Notes: generated by a model from the letters alone, not told the origin. Shown: positions 14,441 to 29,016, counted from the stretch's first letter. The stretch is DNA of 64,000 bases from Eledone cirrhosa (GCA_964016885.1 OZ024745.1:39742001-39806000), one strand, 5' to 3'. Numbers and translations: made by a program.

Positions 14441-17400
14441 GAAGGAAGAAGAAGACGCACGTGGTGTATAGAAGGTCATGAAATCGCTCCCGTAAATCTT
14501 TGATTTTTAACATATTTAACACAAATGTGATATAACAATTCTTAGTACAAATGATACATAAAGCACCAAACTCACTCTCAGAAAATTCGGATCCATAATG
14601 TCCTGTTATATCGCTCAAATATTCAATTTTGTATTATAAATTTTATATTCAAAAAAGAAAATGGTTATAAATGGAAGAAAAATAAACCTTCGTCTACACT
14701 ACATAGAACAGCCAAATAACAGCAATTTCACCAACACCACACTCTAGATACACCACCTACCCCATAACCCCTCTGTGTACACTAAATACAACAGCCAGAT
14801 AACGGCAATGTCACCACCACCACCACCAATCCCAGCATAATAATAATAATTACTATTATTATTGTCTCAAGTTTTCACAAAATGTTTAATTCCCATATTA
14901 AGAAAATATGTTAACACAAATATTAAACATATGCGACAAACCGCATAGATACACAGATCAAACAAACTACAGTCTATTCAACAAACCTCAGTAACGACAA
15001 CGCCATCACTATAGTCACCGCCGCCACCACTCCATCCATCATTGCTACCCCTATCCCATCACCGCCGCCACCACTCCTTCATTGCTACCACCACTATTCC
15101 CCCATTACCTTCTGTTAACTTAAGAAAGGGGAATGTGGCGGTATCACTAGACATGGGGGAGGCTAGCAAAAGATATATATATATTGACTTAGTGACATAG
15201 CCACCGGCCACCTTCCCCACTAACAATAGAAAACGCCCCAGCACAACCACCGACATAGCCAACAACAATAAAAGGCAACTTCAGTAATACCGGGATGGCG
15301 GCCGGCGGGGAATAGCCGTGTCTCTAGGGGAGGACGACCCCTCTAGTCTTGGTTGACACTCGTTCTAGAAGTGGTAACACGAAATGATTAGCCCTTGGCG
15401 GACAAGGATAAAACGCGACAAAATAAAGTAAATGTCAAATGATAAAATCTTATACCGGATCGGCTGTCACCCGGGTCAAAAAGGGCCGCGTCCCTCAGAG
15501 AGGAACCAGACTGGGGTCGAAAAATCAGCTAATGGTTCAAACCTTCCCATCACTTCGAAGCTGGAGACCTCCCATAAACGGAATACTTCTACTGTTGGCC
15601 CTCCATGCTCACCACCAAGAAATCCAAAGAAAAAGAGAGAAAAATTGTTAAGGGAAGATAATAAAGAAGTCCTTGAGGCTTTCTACACTGCCATGTACTA
15701 CCCATCAAATACATCGAATGCAGAACAGACATATATCAACTGGAAACAGAAACATTTCGAAAACAGAGGCTATATTGACAGTAACAAACTAGCCAATATA
15801 CGAAGAAATATTGTGAAAAAAAAGTTACTAACTGATATAGAAATTGATCAGATCAAGCTATTAGCACAAAGTCAGCGAAGGGAAAATAAAACATGTGTCA
15901 GTGAAAACGAGGTAAATTGTAACACTTCGAATCCCAGGGTTGGGGCGGAATCACTGACAACAGAACAAATTAAAGAAAGGATAGAAAAAGTGGAGGGAGT
16001 GCATGCTCAAGATGAAACTCAAAATGAAAACAATGAGATCGTAAATGATAAAGAAATGAATGAGAATGAACTTGCCAACTTGAAGGATGAAATTATGATC
16101 GAATGGTTGAAAAGGAAAGAATCTGACATGGGGGAACGAGACACCCTCCCCAAGATCCAGAACTCCAAACAGAACCAAAAGATAATACACAAGACTAACA
16201 TAATTCTCAAAAACATGATCATCACAAACAAACTAAACATTACTGATTTGAAGCATCTTTATTATGCATCCGCTAAAGTCACCACTCAGTTATGTGGAGT
16301 GAAGATGAAAAAACAAAGGAATTCCAACAAGAAATCTACTTGGCAAGAGAACATCAATCGCCAAATAAACCTTCTCCGATCTGACATAGAAATTTTAACA
16401 AACTATAAAGTAGGTGAACATGTTAAACAAACTAAACTTAGAAAATTGAAAAGAAAGTACAGTATAAAATCAACAAGTGACATAGACATGCTGATAGAAA
16501 TAATCAAGCAAAAAGTGTCGGCCAAAGCTGCTCGTATAAGGCACTTTAAAAAACGATCTAGATTCTATAAGGACAATAATATGTTCAAAAACAACCAAAT
16601 AAACTTCTACAGAAAAATTGGTAAGTCAACAATAACTGCTAAATCAATACCACCCAAGGAGGAAGTGCAAGAATTCTGGGAAAAGATCTGGTCCGAAGAA
16701 AAAGTTCATAATATACATGTCCCATGGACAGCCAGACAAATGAAAGATACAGCTCACCTTGAGAAACAAATATGGGAAAAGTTGAAGAAGAGTTGAACAG
16801 TTGCGCTTGGCTCTAAGAAAAACCAGCAAATGGAAATCCCCAGGAAAAGACAAAATACAAAATTTTTGGATAAATGCCTTCACAGAGTCTCATGAGCTGT
16901 TAGCCCAACTTTACAATGAAATAGTTAAGGAGCCAGAAAAGATACCATCATGGCTAGTTAACGGCATTACATTCCTGCTTCCGAAGAATGTTGAAACAAA
17001 CAATCCCAAAAATTACAGACCGATAACTTGCTTGACCGCAATGTATAACATTTTAACATCAGTCCTAACTGAATATACATATGACCACCTGATAACAAAT
17101 GACCTATTTCCCATTGAGCAGAAAGGGTGTAAACGAGGCTCATATGAATGTAAGGATCAGCTTTTGGTTCAACAAAATGATACTGGAAGATTGTCATAAT
17201 AGACACAAAAATCTATCAATTGCTTGGATAGATTATAAAAAAGCATTCGATAGTTTGCCACACAGTTGGATTGAAAAATGTTTAGAGATTTTCAAAATAT
17301 CTCCCGTTGTCAGGAGGTTTTTGTCATTCAGTATGAAGACATGGAAAACGACACTCCTTTTGAATAGTGAAATAAAATCACTGGAAGCTGGAGAAGTTAA

Positions 17401-19234
17401 TATTAATTGTGGAATTTTTCAGGGTGAATCTTTATCACCGCTTTTATTCTGCATCGCCCTTATACCATTAAGTAAAATGCTCAATGAAACAAAACATGGA
17501 TATAAAGTCTATGACAAAACCATTAATCACCTGTTCTACATGGATGACCTGAAACTATTTGCAAAAAATGATGAACAATTGCAAGGGCTATTATCCACTG
17601 TGGAGCAGTTCAATGATGACATTAAAATGGAGTTTGGACTAGATAAATGCGCCAAAGCAACGTTCACCAGAGGAAAGCTGCTGAAAAGTTCAGACATTAA
17701 TCTTGATCGGGGGAATGTGATAAGAGAACTTGATCAAGATGAAACTTACAAATATCTAGGTGTTTGTGAAGGCGACGGAATCAAGCACTCGACAATGAGG
17801 GAAAGGATAAGGAAGGAATGTTACCGCAGAGTCGGAGCAATCTTAAGAACGGAATTGAATGCAAGGAATAGGATCGATGCCATAAACACACTTCCCATAC
17901 CAGTAGAAACCTACAGTTACAATGTCATCAACTGGTCAAGCACAGAGATCCGTAGGCTCGATACAAAAATTCGAAGATTCTTAACCATGCACAGAATGCA
18001 TCACCCTGAGGCAGATACAGATAGAATATATCTCCCTAGGAAAGAAGGAGAACGTGGGTTAATCCAGTTAAACATTGCGTTGAAAACTGCAACAATTGGA
18101 TTATCTACATATCTAAGGGAATCACTTGATTGGATGATCAAACTCGTTTTGAAACACGAAAGCATCAAAAGATCATACTCCATTACAAAAGATGCACAAA
18201 GATACAGTAATGGACTACAAATTTCAGAAGTCCCATTTACTGCTGAAATGGAAAACACAGAAAAAGCAAAGCAGGTAAAAGTAACTGCAAAGAAAGAACT
18301 GCTACAGAAATTGGCTAAGAAATGGCATGAAAAGCCTCTGTATGGAAAATAACCAGAACGAGCTAACAATCCTGATGTTGACAAAACTTTAACCCATCAG
18401 TGTGGTTGGCATCCTGTGGACTGAAATCGGAGACTGAAGGACTGATTATATCAGCACAAGATCAGTGTCTGCCAACAAAAAATTACCAAGCCAACATAAT
18501 AAAAAATGGATGCAACCCTTTATGCCGTGTATGTAAAAAACAACCAGAGACCATTGATCATATAATTTCAATGTGCAGTCCTATAGCTCCAACCGAATAC
18601 CTAAACAGTCATGACAGAGCTGCACAACACATACATTGGATAATGTGTAAGAATTTTGACCTGCCCCATCAAAAGAATTGGTGGGAGCATCAACCACTCC
18701 CATACTTGAAAAAGACCACATCTCAATCTTGTGGAACTTTAGCATCCAAACAGACCGAAAAATTGATGCGATTATACCTGATATAATACTGAAGGACTTT
18801 AAAAAGAGGGTATGCCTGCTAATTGATATGTCCGTTCCAATAGACAAGAATGTATCTATAAAAACATTTGAAAAATTGAGCAAGTATAAGGACCTGGAGA
18901 TAGAAATTGGAAAAATGTGGAAATTGAGAACTAAAACAATACCAGTGGTTGTAGGCGCTCTAGGAAGGATACCTAAGGGGTCTAATGATTACTTATCGCA
19001 AATCCCAGGAAACCCGCGTATAGGAGAAATACAAAAGATAGTACTAATGGGAACTGCCCATATACTAAGGAAGATTCTGTCAATATAATTACATCACAAG
19101 TCTAAACACCTAAATATGCATGTGTGAGTATGTATGTTCTTTCTTGAACATAGCGGACCTTGTTGTCTCTAAGAGGTCACTGGTTGTGACTTGGTGATAG
19201 CTCGTATGAACATAAAGTAAGATAAATGCAGCTG
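14441..19234 (+). mobile_element. Full-length but disrupted R4/Dong-clade element, divergent family B
   Basis: ORF pieces 15432-16796, 16801-17199, 17099-18352, 18400-18786 and 18678-19088 ([42 protein letters not shown]); (TAA)n flanks. Confidence 0.9.
15432..19088 (+). pseudogene. RT-RLE polyprotein of family B, several stops and frameshifts
   Basis: Colinear domain order with the family A ORF but strongly divergent sequence. Confidence 0.88.
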
Positions 19235-19559
19235 TAATAATAATAATAATAATAATAATAATTCTACTACTACTACTACTAATAATAATAATGATTTCTT
19301 TATTAACCACAAGGGTTTACATAAAGTAGACATTAAGGACAGTGCAGGACAATACAGGACGGTACAAATGGGCATTTCTGCGTGTAAAAAACAAAAACAG
19401 GGGATGTAACAAAAAATAAAAATGAAAAATTCCCCAATAGGGGGGAGACTTCCGAGGGACATTTGTGGAGAAAGCCCAGTAAAAGGCCACAATGACCCTG
19501 ACCACTAAGGCAAGTGCCCTCTCCCAGTTTTCAAAATTTAATTTACAGATATATACTCA

Positions 19560-22500
19560 GAATAGGCCCATTCACTCGGGCCATTCTCGTTTCTCTCACC
19601 CATCTTTCAACAAAATGCTGGGAAGAGAGCATTCCCTCTCTACTCTGATTTTCCTTTTCAAATGAAATTTGAAAAAGTCAATCAGAGCATCACCGAAGAG
19701 GTAAGTGCTCGTCTTCAGCCCTTTCAAACGTGTCCACCATACCATGGCCACCAGACATATAAAAACTGCCTGCTCTTCCCGGATAAAGGAGGAGGGCGGG
19801 GAAATCCTCACGATGGACTCAGATGATAGCCGGATCCGTCCTAAACGCGACAGCAGGTGTTCGACATAAACCCACAAGTCAGCAATTTTCGGACACTGGA
19901 CGAGTGCGTGCAGGACGGTTTCGTCGCCCTGCGCGCATCTCGGACATGCCCAGCTGACGGCACCTCCATGCCTGTAGAGTTTATCCCGAACCGGCAAGGC
20001 TCCTCGGTAGCACTGCCTGGCCAGAGATTTCTGGAAGTTGTCCATAGGCCCTGGCCCGAAAGTTCTTCCGAAGAGATTGGCTAGTTGATTTTCGTCGACG
20101 CCTAGAGTTTTCCCAAGTACGTCGTCACTCTTCCCCTCCACTAATCCTCTATAGAACGCCGAGGTGGAGTTTCCACCGATCACATTGGTCGAGGACTGTG
20201 AGCGCCTGAAGACATTCCAGTCTCCAGGCTCTCCCTCTCGGTCTTCGCTTGACCCAGGACTGCAGCTCCGTCAAGGAAACGAGCTGGGGAAATACGTGTC
20301 TAGCAAACGGCGACCACACCTGATCACCGTCGAGGAAGAGGTGGAGATGTCGTAGCCTGAGCGCGTGCCTGCGCATCATCAGCCACGGCATGCCCAGCCC
20401 TCCACGTAGCGGGTGTTGACAACAGATGGACCGCCTGACCATCGGAGCGCGTCCCTTCCACAAAAAGCGAAAGAGCAAACGCTCCAGCGCAGTCAGGCGA
20501 TGCTTAGGACAAGGTACAACGGTCAGGCGGTAGCAGATGACAGACGCGATGTACGCGTTAGCCACCTCCGCTCGAGACTTCAGGGATAGCTTCCTCTCCG
20601 CCCATTACTGGGTGAGAGAAGCCACCCTGCTCGTCACCTCGTCCCAGTTTTTGTCCGTCTTGAGGTCCGGACCGAACCAGACCCCTAGCAATTTAACCGG
20701 TCAGTCCGTCCAGCGTCCAACGACGCTGTTGGACAGCATGGCCTGCCTCTCCAGGTGCCGAGCTGCAGGCCCACTGACATTTCCTGGTTGATCATTGCTC
20801 CTGTCACCGCTTCGTATTCTCTTAGTGTAGTGCCGATCGCCTCGATGTGTTTGGCGGTCGACACCACTACGGTGACATCGTTCGCATATGCTGACACGGA
20901 TCTTCCGCATCCTAGTTCGCGCGGGACGCCCCTCAGCGTCTCCAGTTTGTGCAGTAATGGCTCGAGTGACAATACGTACAAGAGGGACGAGACGGGACAT
21001 CCTTGGCGGACCGAGCGCATGATGTTGAACGGTTCCGACAGGTGACCGTTCACTCTCACCACAGAGCAGATGTCGCTGTGCATGGCAGCGATCCAGCCTC
21101 TGAAGACGGGCCCAAAGCCAGCCGCCCTCAGGACTGCCGCTAGGTAACGATGGTCTACCCTATCGAAAGCTTTCGACTGATCTAAATTGATCAAGGACCT
21201 ACCCGTGCCAGGTTCTCTAGCTACCCTCTCTACGATGTATCGCATGAGGTGGAGGTTATCCTGGATGGATCTGTCGGGAATGGCGCATGTCTGCGCCTCT
21301 CCCACCAGACCACCAACGACAAGCTCCAACCTCTTTGCTAGCACCTTGGCCAAAATCTTGAACTCTTTGCAGTGTTATGGGCCTGAAATTCTCTATGTTA
21401 TCCCCCTTGTTCGGATCCTTTCTCAGCAGTGCCACCGCTCCTCGGCTCACAGAACTGGGAATTCTCCCGTTCTGTTGCCAGTTGCAGTAGACGTCCGCCA
21501 AGAGGCCTCCGAACAAGTCTGGCATCTGTACGTAAAGTTCATAGGCCAGACCATCCAAACCAGGCGATTTACCCCCTTGTGCAGCCAGTCATTGCCTCCC
21601 TTACTTCAGCGGCTGTTATCGGCGAAGTGTCTCTGAAAAGCTTCACACATTTGCCCGGGATCGAGTAGCATGCGCCCGTCGTGGTCCACCAAAGACCGGA
21701 TCGTGGCTTTGTTGCCACGACGCGCCTCCGCCACTCAGGCCCATTGAAAGGCTTTCGTCACCTCGTGTCTGAGAGCACGCACCCTTGCTCTGACAACGCA
21801 GCCTTCGTGCTTTGCATTGAAGAATTGGTCAAGGGCCAATTTCGCCGCAAGCACGTCGGTCGCAATGCCTTTGCTAAGCGACTCGTCTAATTTTCTAACT
21901 AATTCTCCCTCTGCTCTATTTTTCTCTATTGCTAAAGCCTTACTAAATCTAATTTCATTCTATTCTAATCGCTCTTTTCAGAGCAAACCACCACTTGTTG
22001 TTGACGATGGCCCCCGTCAACGCCCGCTTAACTAGTTCGCTAATCCGGTCTCTGTAGGCCTTGCGCGCTGGTAAGGACGCGTTTAGCTTCCAGTAGCCGG
22101 GTCCTCTCGTCTATGAAGCCTATCTAAGTCAAGCACACAGATCACGAATTTGTGGTCCGTGTAGCTGACTATCTTGAATTGTGGACAGCCTATGCTAGAC
22201 CTATCTATTTATCTACAAATTACTCTATCTAGATATGATCTGGATGACCCTATGCGATTTGTCCAAGTCCACATTGGCACATTCGGGAAATCCAATCGGT
22301 ACATGTCAGACAGTTCAAAACGCCTGAGCAGGTTGGTGAGGCTCTTGCACCCTCAACCCCTATCCGCTAATCCCACAGTCCCAGCGTGCATCTAAGATCC
22401 CGTTCCAGTCGCCCACTAACACTAAAGAGCTGGACGTTCCAAGAAAGGTCTCCAGACGCCGGAAGAAATATGGCCGCCCTGCTCATGTCGGGGCATAGAC

Positions 22501-22830
22501 CGCCACTAGCCTGAAAGCTTGCCCGTCTCCGCTGGTCACGTCCAGCACCACCAGCTTACCCTCTGGGTCCAGGAAGATGGTCCGCATGGCGAGATCCAAA
22601 CCTCTCCGAGAAAGCACAGCAATTCCTCCCCCCGATCCAGGACGGCTGGGAGATGCGTACACATCGTAGCCGCCGAAGATCGGTGTGAAGGCCCGTGCTT
22701 CGGAGATTCTGGTCTCGCTGATGGCCACTACATCTATGTTTAGTGACCTGAGGTCGTTGAGCAGGTGACCCTGCTTCCATGACGACCCCAAGCCACGCGC
22801 ATTTATGCTGGCTCTTCTGAGTGAGGTCAT
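19560..22830 (-). pseudogene. Tx1 ORF2 (APE-RT-zinc finger), frameshifted
   Basis: ORF fragments 22483-23010, 21256-21558, 20685-21353, 20149-20565, 19596-20183. Confidence 0.87.
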
Positions 22831-23011
22831 GTTCAAAATAGAGTGGAAAAGATGGGAAAGACCACTTACCGTACTTTTCGTAGAGGAGGGATGGTTTTTA
22901 CATCCCTTTTCACTTGATCGTCTGGTGAAGGGACCGTTGCATCGTCCCTTCGGCTGGTCGTCGGCTCTTCTATGAGTATGTCCGAATATACTCTTCGATT
23001 GATAGTTCATC

Positions 23012-24916
23012 CTAGGTCCCTGAAATCACCAACTGCGTTGGGGATTTCGTTTTAATGTTTGTGTATTGTTTCTGTGCTATTTTTAGCAGTCTTATGTTAG
23101 TTGGCGTTTTGATTGGTGCTGGTATTATGTAGTCGTGTTGTGAAATGTCTGTGTGTTCAATTATGTAAGTCATTAGTTTCTTGTTGTGTGTATTTATTGC
23201 CGTGCATTTGTTTTTCTGGGGGTGGGGTGTGGTTCTGCTATTTTCTTGGCGTTGTTGCTGGGTGTGTGTGTTTTGTTGTTGTGTTTGCGATGTTGGTGCT
23301 TGTGGTGGTGGTGTTGAAGGTGTTGTTGGCGGTGGGGTTGTCGTCGGTGGTGATGGTGGTGCTAGTGCGGGTGGTGATGGTGTTGGTGGTGTTGCTGCTG
23401 TGAGTCTCTTTGCAGTAGACTTTACCCTTTTCTCATTTTTTCCTCCATTTTCAAATGCGACGATGCGCTGCTTCTGCGTTTGTGCCTTCTTACGACCTTT
23501 AGCCATCCCTCTCCCACCTCACAATCCATGTCTGATTCTGTGAGGTCGGGGAGGGGTATCAGCTCCACTCTTTCACTTGTTGTTGTTGGTGATGTTTGCA
23601 CTGGAGTCACTGTTGCTGCTGCTGTTTTTGATTTCCGTGGCGTGGGTATGGGTGCCACGGACCTATCGTTCCTGGTTGCCGCTTGTCCTGTAGCTGGTAG
23701 CCGTGGAGCCGGTTTCGGAAGGAGGGGGGTTTTCTCCTTTCTCAGGGTCTTCTCGTTGCAGAAGGCCCTGAGGTGAGTCTTCTTCGATCCACAGCGAAAG
23801 CATTTCGGGCGTTTGCCCTCAACACTTATGGGCAGTTGAGTGCCGTTATCGAAGTCTATCACATCCGGGATAGCTTCGATGCACTCCTGGTTGGTTTGGA
23901 TTAACATCTCAATGGAGGTGCCGACCCAATCTTCTCTTACTTTTTTCTGTACTTGCAGTACAGTTGTTTTGTCCTCGATTCCGACGAGGACAGACACGGC
24001 CAGCCAAGAAGGGGCCATTCTGGGGGGGGACGTGGGTCAGTTTGACCCTCACAATTTTTTGCCCGCAGTAGGAGGGCACCAACACCATTTCCTCGCTCCT
24101 TAGGGTCACTACGGATTGAGCCTTTGCCTCCTGGGGTGTGGCAAAAAGTACGTCTACGGTGGCATATTTTTTGCCTCGGGTGATGTGCGTTTTCCGCTGC
24201 CACACAGACCCCAAGGCTTTTTGTATTTGAGCCTCTGTGGCTCTTTCAACCCTAGGGGATTTTGTACTTACTGTACGGTACGTGACTGTACAGTGCTGTT
24301 GTGTTTCGAAACATTTTTCCGCTGTCTTGCAGATTGCTCGGTGTCCAGTCTTTGTCACCATCTTCTTCGCTTCCTCTAATTCCTCATTTGTTATGAGGAT
24401 TGTTTCCAGGTTCTTCGCGATACCTACAAACGAGATTGCTTTTTCTTTGCTGACGTTGTTGTTGTTGTCGTCAGAGCTGCTGTTACTTTTGTTGTTGCTG
24501 CAGGTACTACGACTACTGCCTCCGCCGCTGTTGCTGTGGTTGTTGGTGTTGCTGGTGCTAATGCTGTTGTTGTTTATGCTGCTGGTGATGCTGTTGCGGC
24601 TGCTACTGTTGTTTTCATTGTCACTGTTGATGTTGTTATTACGGCTGCTACTGCTATTATTCCTGACGTCAGACGAATGAAATGGGTTTTCGTATTTCCC
24701 GCACACCTGTTTAGTCGTTGTCGTCGTGGAGAAATCTTGCACGCTTTGCACGAGACTTTTCTTTTCTATCGTCGCTTGCGAAAGAGAAGGGAGGGAGAGA
24801 GACACATTTAAAGAAGGGAGGGAGAGAGACAATCTTCTCTCTGCTGTAGTGATGATTGAAGAAGAAGAAGACGGAATGAGTGGGAGTGACCTATGAAAAT
24901 TCTTTTTCGTAGCCAT
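23012..24916 (-). pseudogene. Tx1 ORF1 (gag-like, zinc knuckle, Asn/Ser- and Pro/Thr-rich tracts), frameshifted
   Basis: Fragments 23909-24967, 23422-24018, 23012-23506; a frameshift lies near the poly-G at ~24022. Confidence 0.75.
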
Positions 24917-25132
24917 GTTGTTTTTTTTGTTTAAAATAAATATTGGGCACAAAACCCCAATAAGCATTTATTTAACCCCGAAGGGCCAAATAACGGGCAG
25001 AAAGACCCCTCTCACGAGGAGGAGGGTGTTTTTGTCTACAAGTTCGTTAAAGTTTTAAACAATTTATAATTGTTATAGCGTTCAAAATGTACAATACCTT
25101 ACAGAGCCGAGCCTCCGTCAACCATAGCATTC

Positions 25133-25161
<29 letters not shown>

Positions 25162-25165
<4 letters not shown>

Positions 25166-25340
25166 TGTTTCTTCTTTAGGCACAAGGCCAGCAAATATCC
25201 AGTGCATTACTGGTACTTTATTTTATCGACCCCGTAAGGATGAAAGGCACAGTCAACCTCGGCGGGATTTGAACTCAGATCGTAAAGGGACGAAACTATG
25301 CTGGAAAGCATGGCGTCCGACCCTCTACCGATACTGCCAA
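25162..25340 (-). mobile_element. tRNA-derived SINE
   Basis: A-box-like tggcagtatcgg, B-box gagttcaaatcc, conserved central gcctttcatccttacggggtcgataaaataaagtaccag (Meta-domain-like), (ATT)n tail. Confidence 0.88.
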
Positions 25341-27432
25341 ATAATGTGAGCTGACAATAATTCCTATAAGCTTTCGACCGACCTGCAATAAAGTTCATCT
25401 AAAAGAGAGTATTTGAGCGAATGAGAAACAGGGAAATAGGCAAGCAGATGAAGGGAGACAGATATGATAGAATATGAGAAAGTAGGGAAACAGATATAAA
25501 AGCATATAAGTGGGAAATGTTTAGTTAATTGGCGAATAAATAAGGAGAGATACACGTTCAGAAAGACAGGAAGAGGGAGATAGATAGAAAAATAGACATA
25601 GACAGAGAAAGGGGGTACAACATATTTATTGAAATTTTAAAAAGGAAAAAAAAAAAGATTCGTTACGTGGAATGAGGGAAGTTTCTTTGATCATTATAAT
25701 TGCAACACTAGATACCTGAGTGTGTGTGTATATGTGCATTCGTTTGTTTGTGTGTATGTGATTGTGCATCTGCGTCACTACTTATATATACATGCATACA
25801 TATGTACTACAAAAAGGTGTGTGCGTGGATCTATTGTTTCTCTTCCCTACGCTCACATTTTTATATAACGAACTTTTGTTCCTACCTTTCTCTCTCTCCT
25901 GAGACACTGCAAGTTTTATCTGTGTTGCCACAACGGCTTCGCTTTCAATTATCATTTATTTTCTCCCTATATCTATATAATTTCTTTTTTATCTTCAGAA
26001 GTTCAGAATTTGTTGGGGGAGTGATATATTAAGATGTATTTGCCATGGGACACTCTTAAAGAAAGCGCCGCCTAGGGTTTAAGTGGAGCTGGGGTTTCTA
26101 TAAGTGCATTCCGTTCATGTTTAAGGATAGTGGGTGTACAGGTGAGGTTTTATTTCCATACACAACAAAGTAAATGATCAATAACAATAAAAAAAAATAT
26201 ATCATATTTTTCATCGATTGATTTCAGTCATTCGACAGTGCCGCAATCATATAGGGGCAACTTCTTAAAAGTTTCAGCGATCATATTTTTGTTAGTACTT
26301 ATTCCTATCTATTAAATATTACCGATTGCTAATCCCACAACTACTACAAAACGGGAGAAAATCAAGAGCACACACAAACACACACACGCATACACACATA
26401 TACATTCATAACCACCCACCACTTTCACACACACAGACACGCATGCGCGCGCGCGCGCACATACACACACACAATATAAACGTGTTTGAAATAATATATT
26501 AAGCAGAGCCTCAATAGTTAATTTCGCAAAAAAAATTCTGTGCTACGTCGGGTGATGCTATCAATAAAATATGTTTGAAACATTAATAGAATATGTCCGT
26601 CAAGTATGCCGTTGTTGTTTCGTCACTTTTATGATATCCATACCGTACACATAACATGAATAACTTACAGAAAAAAAAGGTGAAGTTACAAAACCCTTTA
26701 ACATATACTCACAAGCAGTTCCTTTGCCAAATTCACCTGATCATCCATAAGTGTTACATCCAAAAGCGACGGGAGGTGTGGTGTAATTCTGAATAATGTA
26801 TACATTTGTCTTTACACCGCCGGTCCAATTCCTTTAATACATGCCATATGCATTTGATTAATCGTCAGTTATCACAGTCAAGCCAGCAGGAAAGGACAGC
26901 TCTTCAAATATTCTGTTAAGGCTGACGCCCCTGTTTTCATTTAAAAAACAAACAAACAGAACCTCATGTTTTTCTAACCTGGGTGGGGTTTCTCTCAATA
27001 AGAAGACCATCAATACATTTCTGTGAGCATTTGATTTCATCTTGCTCAATTGATGTTGTAAAGTAGTAAATTTTGCAAAGTTGACTTAGCCTCGTATGGA
27101 CACAGTACAATTTCATGTTTCTCTACTTTATCATCTTACTCATGCTGTGAGATCAGCAAATGCCTTCAAGTGCCTTGGAAAGATATGGTTACGATTAGAC
27201 CTTCTATATATATATAAATTCAGCGAGAATCGCATTTCGGCGGGTAGAAAAAGCGAAACGTAACGCAAATTCTGAGTCATGCTGGCAAGCGCTCCATGGG
27301 CTAAAAAAGACTAGAGCAATAAACATTGGTTATAAAGGCCATACAAAACTGAGAAGGCGGTCAAGAAGCAATAAACTACCTAAGCCAAAAAAACAAGTAA
27401 AGCTAAACAGGTCAGACAAAATAAATGACATA

Positions 27433-27513
<81 letters not shown>

Positions 27514-27543
27514 GTGTGTGTGTGTGTGTGTGTTTGTATGTGT

Positions 27544-27596
<53 letters not shown>

Positions 27597-27600
27597 TATA

Positions 27601-27792
27601 AGGGCGGATTGACAGTACCACTACTGGTAGAGAGTCGGACGGTATGCTTTCCAGTATAGTTATGTCCCTTTACGGTCTGAGTTCACATCCCGTCGAGGTT
27701 ACCTTTGCCTTTCATCCTTACGGGATCGATAAAATAAAGTACGAGTAATGTACTGAGTAATTGCTGGCCTTGTGCCAAATGTAGAAAAATTA
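27601..27792 (+). mobile_element. tRNA-derived SINE, diverged copy
   Basis: Same family as 25162-25340. Confidence 0.85.
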
Positions 27793-27899
27793 TATTATAT
27801 TATAATAGATATATGTATATATATATATATATATTTATTTACATACGCACACGCACACACATACACATACACACACACACATATATATATATTTATATA

Positions 27900-27942
<43 letters not shown>

Positions 27943-28890
27943 TCAAATTTCCATTTGTTTCGCAAGATTCATGATAGTTATAAACTACGAGTGTAAATAA
28001 GTTTGTCAGTTTCTGTCTGCGTGTGTCCGTGCGTGCCTATGTATGTCTATGTATGTGGTCATGTGTGTGTGAGAGTGAGTGTGTGTATATGCGTGAGTAT
28101 GAGAATAAAAACATGAAATAGAAAAACGATCAATTATTTATATATTTATATATATGCAGACTAAGTTTTTGCTCTGATGATTATTCCATAGTTATAGCGT
28201 ATAATATCATTTTTTATGATATGTCTCTGCAATTCGTATGCAATAATAAAATATGCACGCCAAAATTCAAATCAGTAAAGAGAAAGTTTTACCACATTTT
28301 TTTCCTTTCGCTTACACTAACTTACTCTGTATTCATGTATATATATTAATATTCGTTCTTTCCTGCTTTTCTGTATTTGTATATACTTATGTACAGTTAT
28401 ATATAAGTGTATATATTTATTTGCATGTTTCTGCATACGTTTTATATTTCAAACAATATAACCAAATGTGTTACTTAAGAATGGCGTACACAATATTTTT
28501 TTTGCGATATTCTAAGTGATTGTGCGTCTGAATATGTGTGTCTGCCAGTGTATCGGTGTCTTTGGATGTAAGTATGTTTTTTTCTGTGTTTATGAACGAG
28601 TGAGTGTAATATAGAAAATACGACACATTGAAACATGCACAGACTAGATAATGTCATGTATATTTTTTTTTCTGGAGAGAGTCAATGCCAGGCTACTTAC
28701 ACCTCAGGAAAGCCCATCTATTTGCATCACGCCAAAAATATTTTGCCAACCACGTTTTTCAAATCTCATGTGTGGTAAACAAAAAATAAAAATAATAGTG
28801 CTCGAAAACTTGATAGAAAATTTATATGAATTGCAAATCACAAAGCTACAATCTGAAATTGGGAGGATAAATAGTACATCAAACTGTAAT

Positions 28891-28962
28891 AATTGTTTCT
28901 ACTTTTGGCACAAGGCCAGCAATTACCCAGTGCATTACTGGTACTTTATTTTATCGAGACCG
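28891..28962 (-). mobile_element. SINE 3' fragment
   Basis: aattgtttctacttttggcacaaggccagcaattacccagtgcattactggtac. Confidence 0.8.
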
Positions 28963-29016
28963 TAATGATTGTTCTGGAATACAAAAGAAAATATTTTGGC
29001 AGACTATGCGTTATTG

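Larger units (their letters stand above)
19293..25132 (-). mobile_element. Full-length decayed Tx1/L1-group non-LTR retrotransposon inserted in (TAA)n
   Basis: ORF1 gag-like with CFRCG..H...C; ORF2 APE (SINARGL, ISETR, VYAP), RT (DQSKAFDRV, RQGCP, YAND) and C-terminal CPRC..ETVLHALVQC; AATAAA and (ATT)n tail. Confidence 0.9.

Noticed and set aside
24995-25030. HDV-like ribozyme in the Tx1 5' UTR (TCCTCGT loop)
   Set aside because: Only a simple hairpin; P1/P2 pseudoknot and J4/2 could not be built; the same applies to the GC-rich 15290-15410 region
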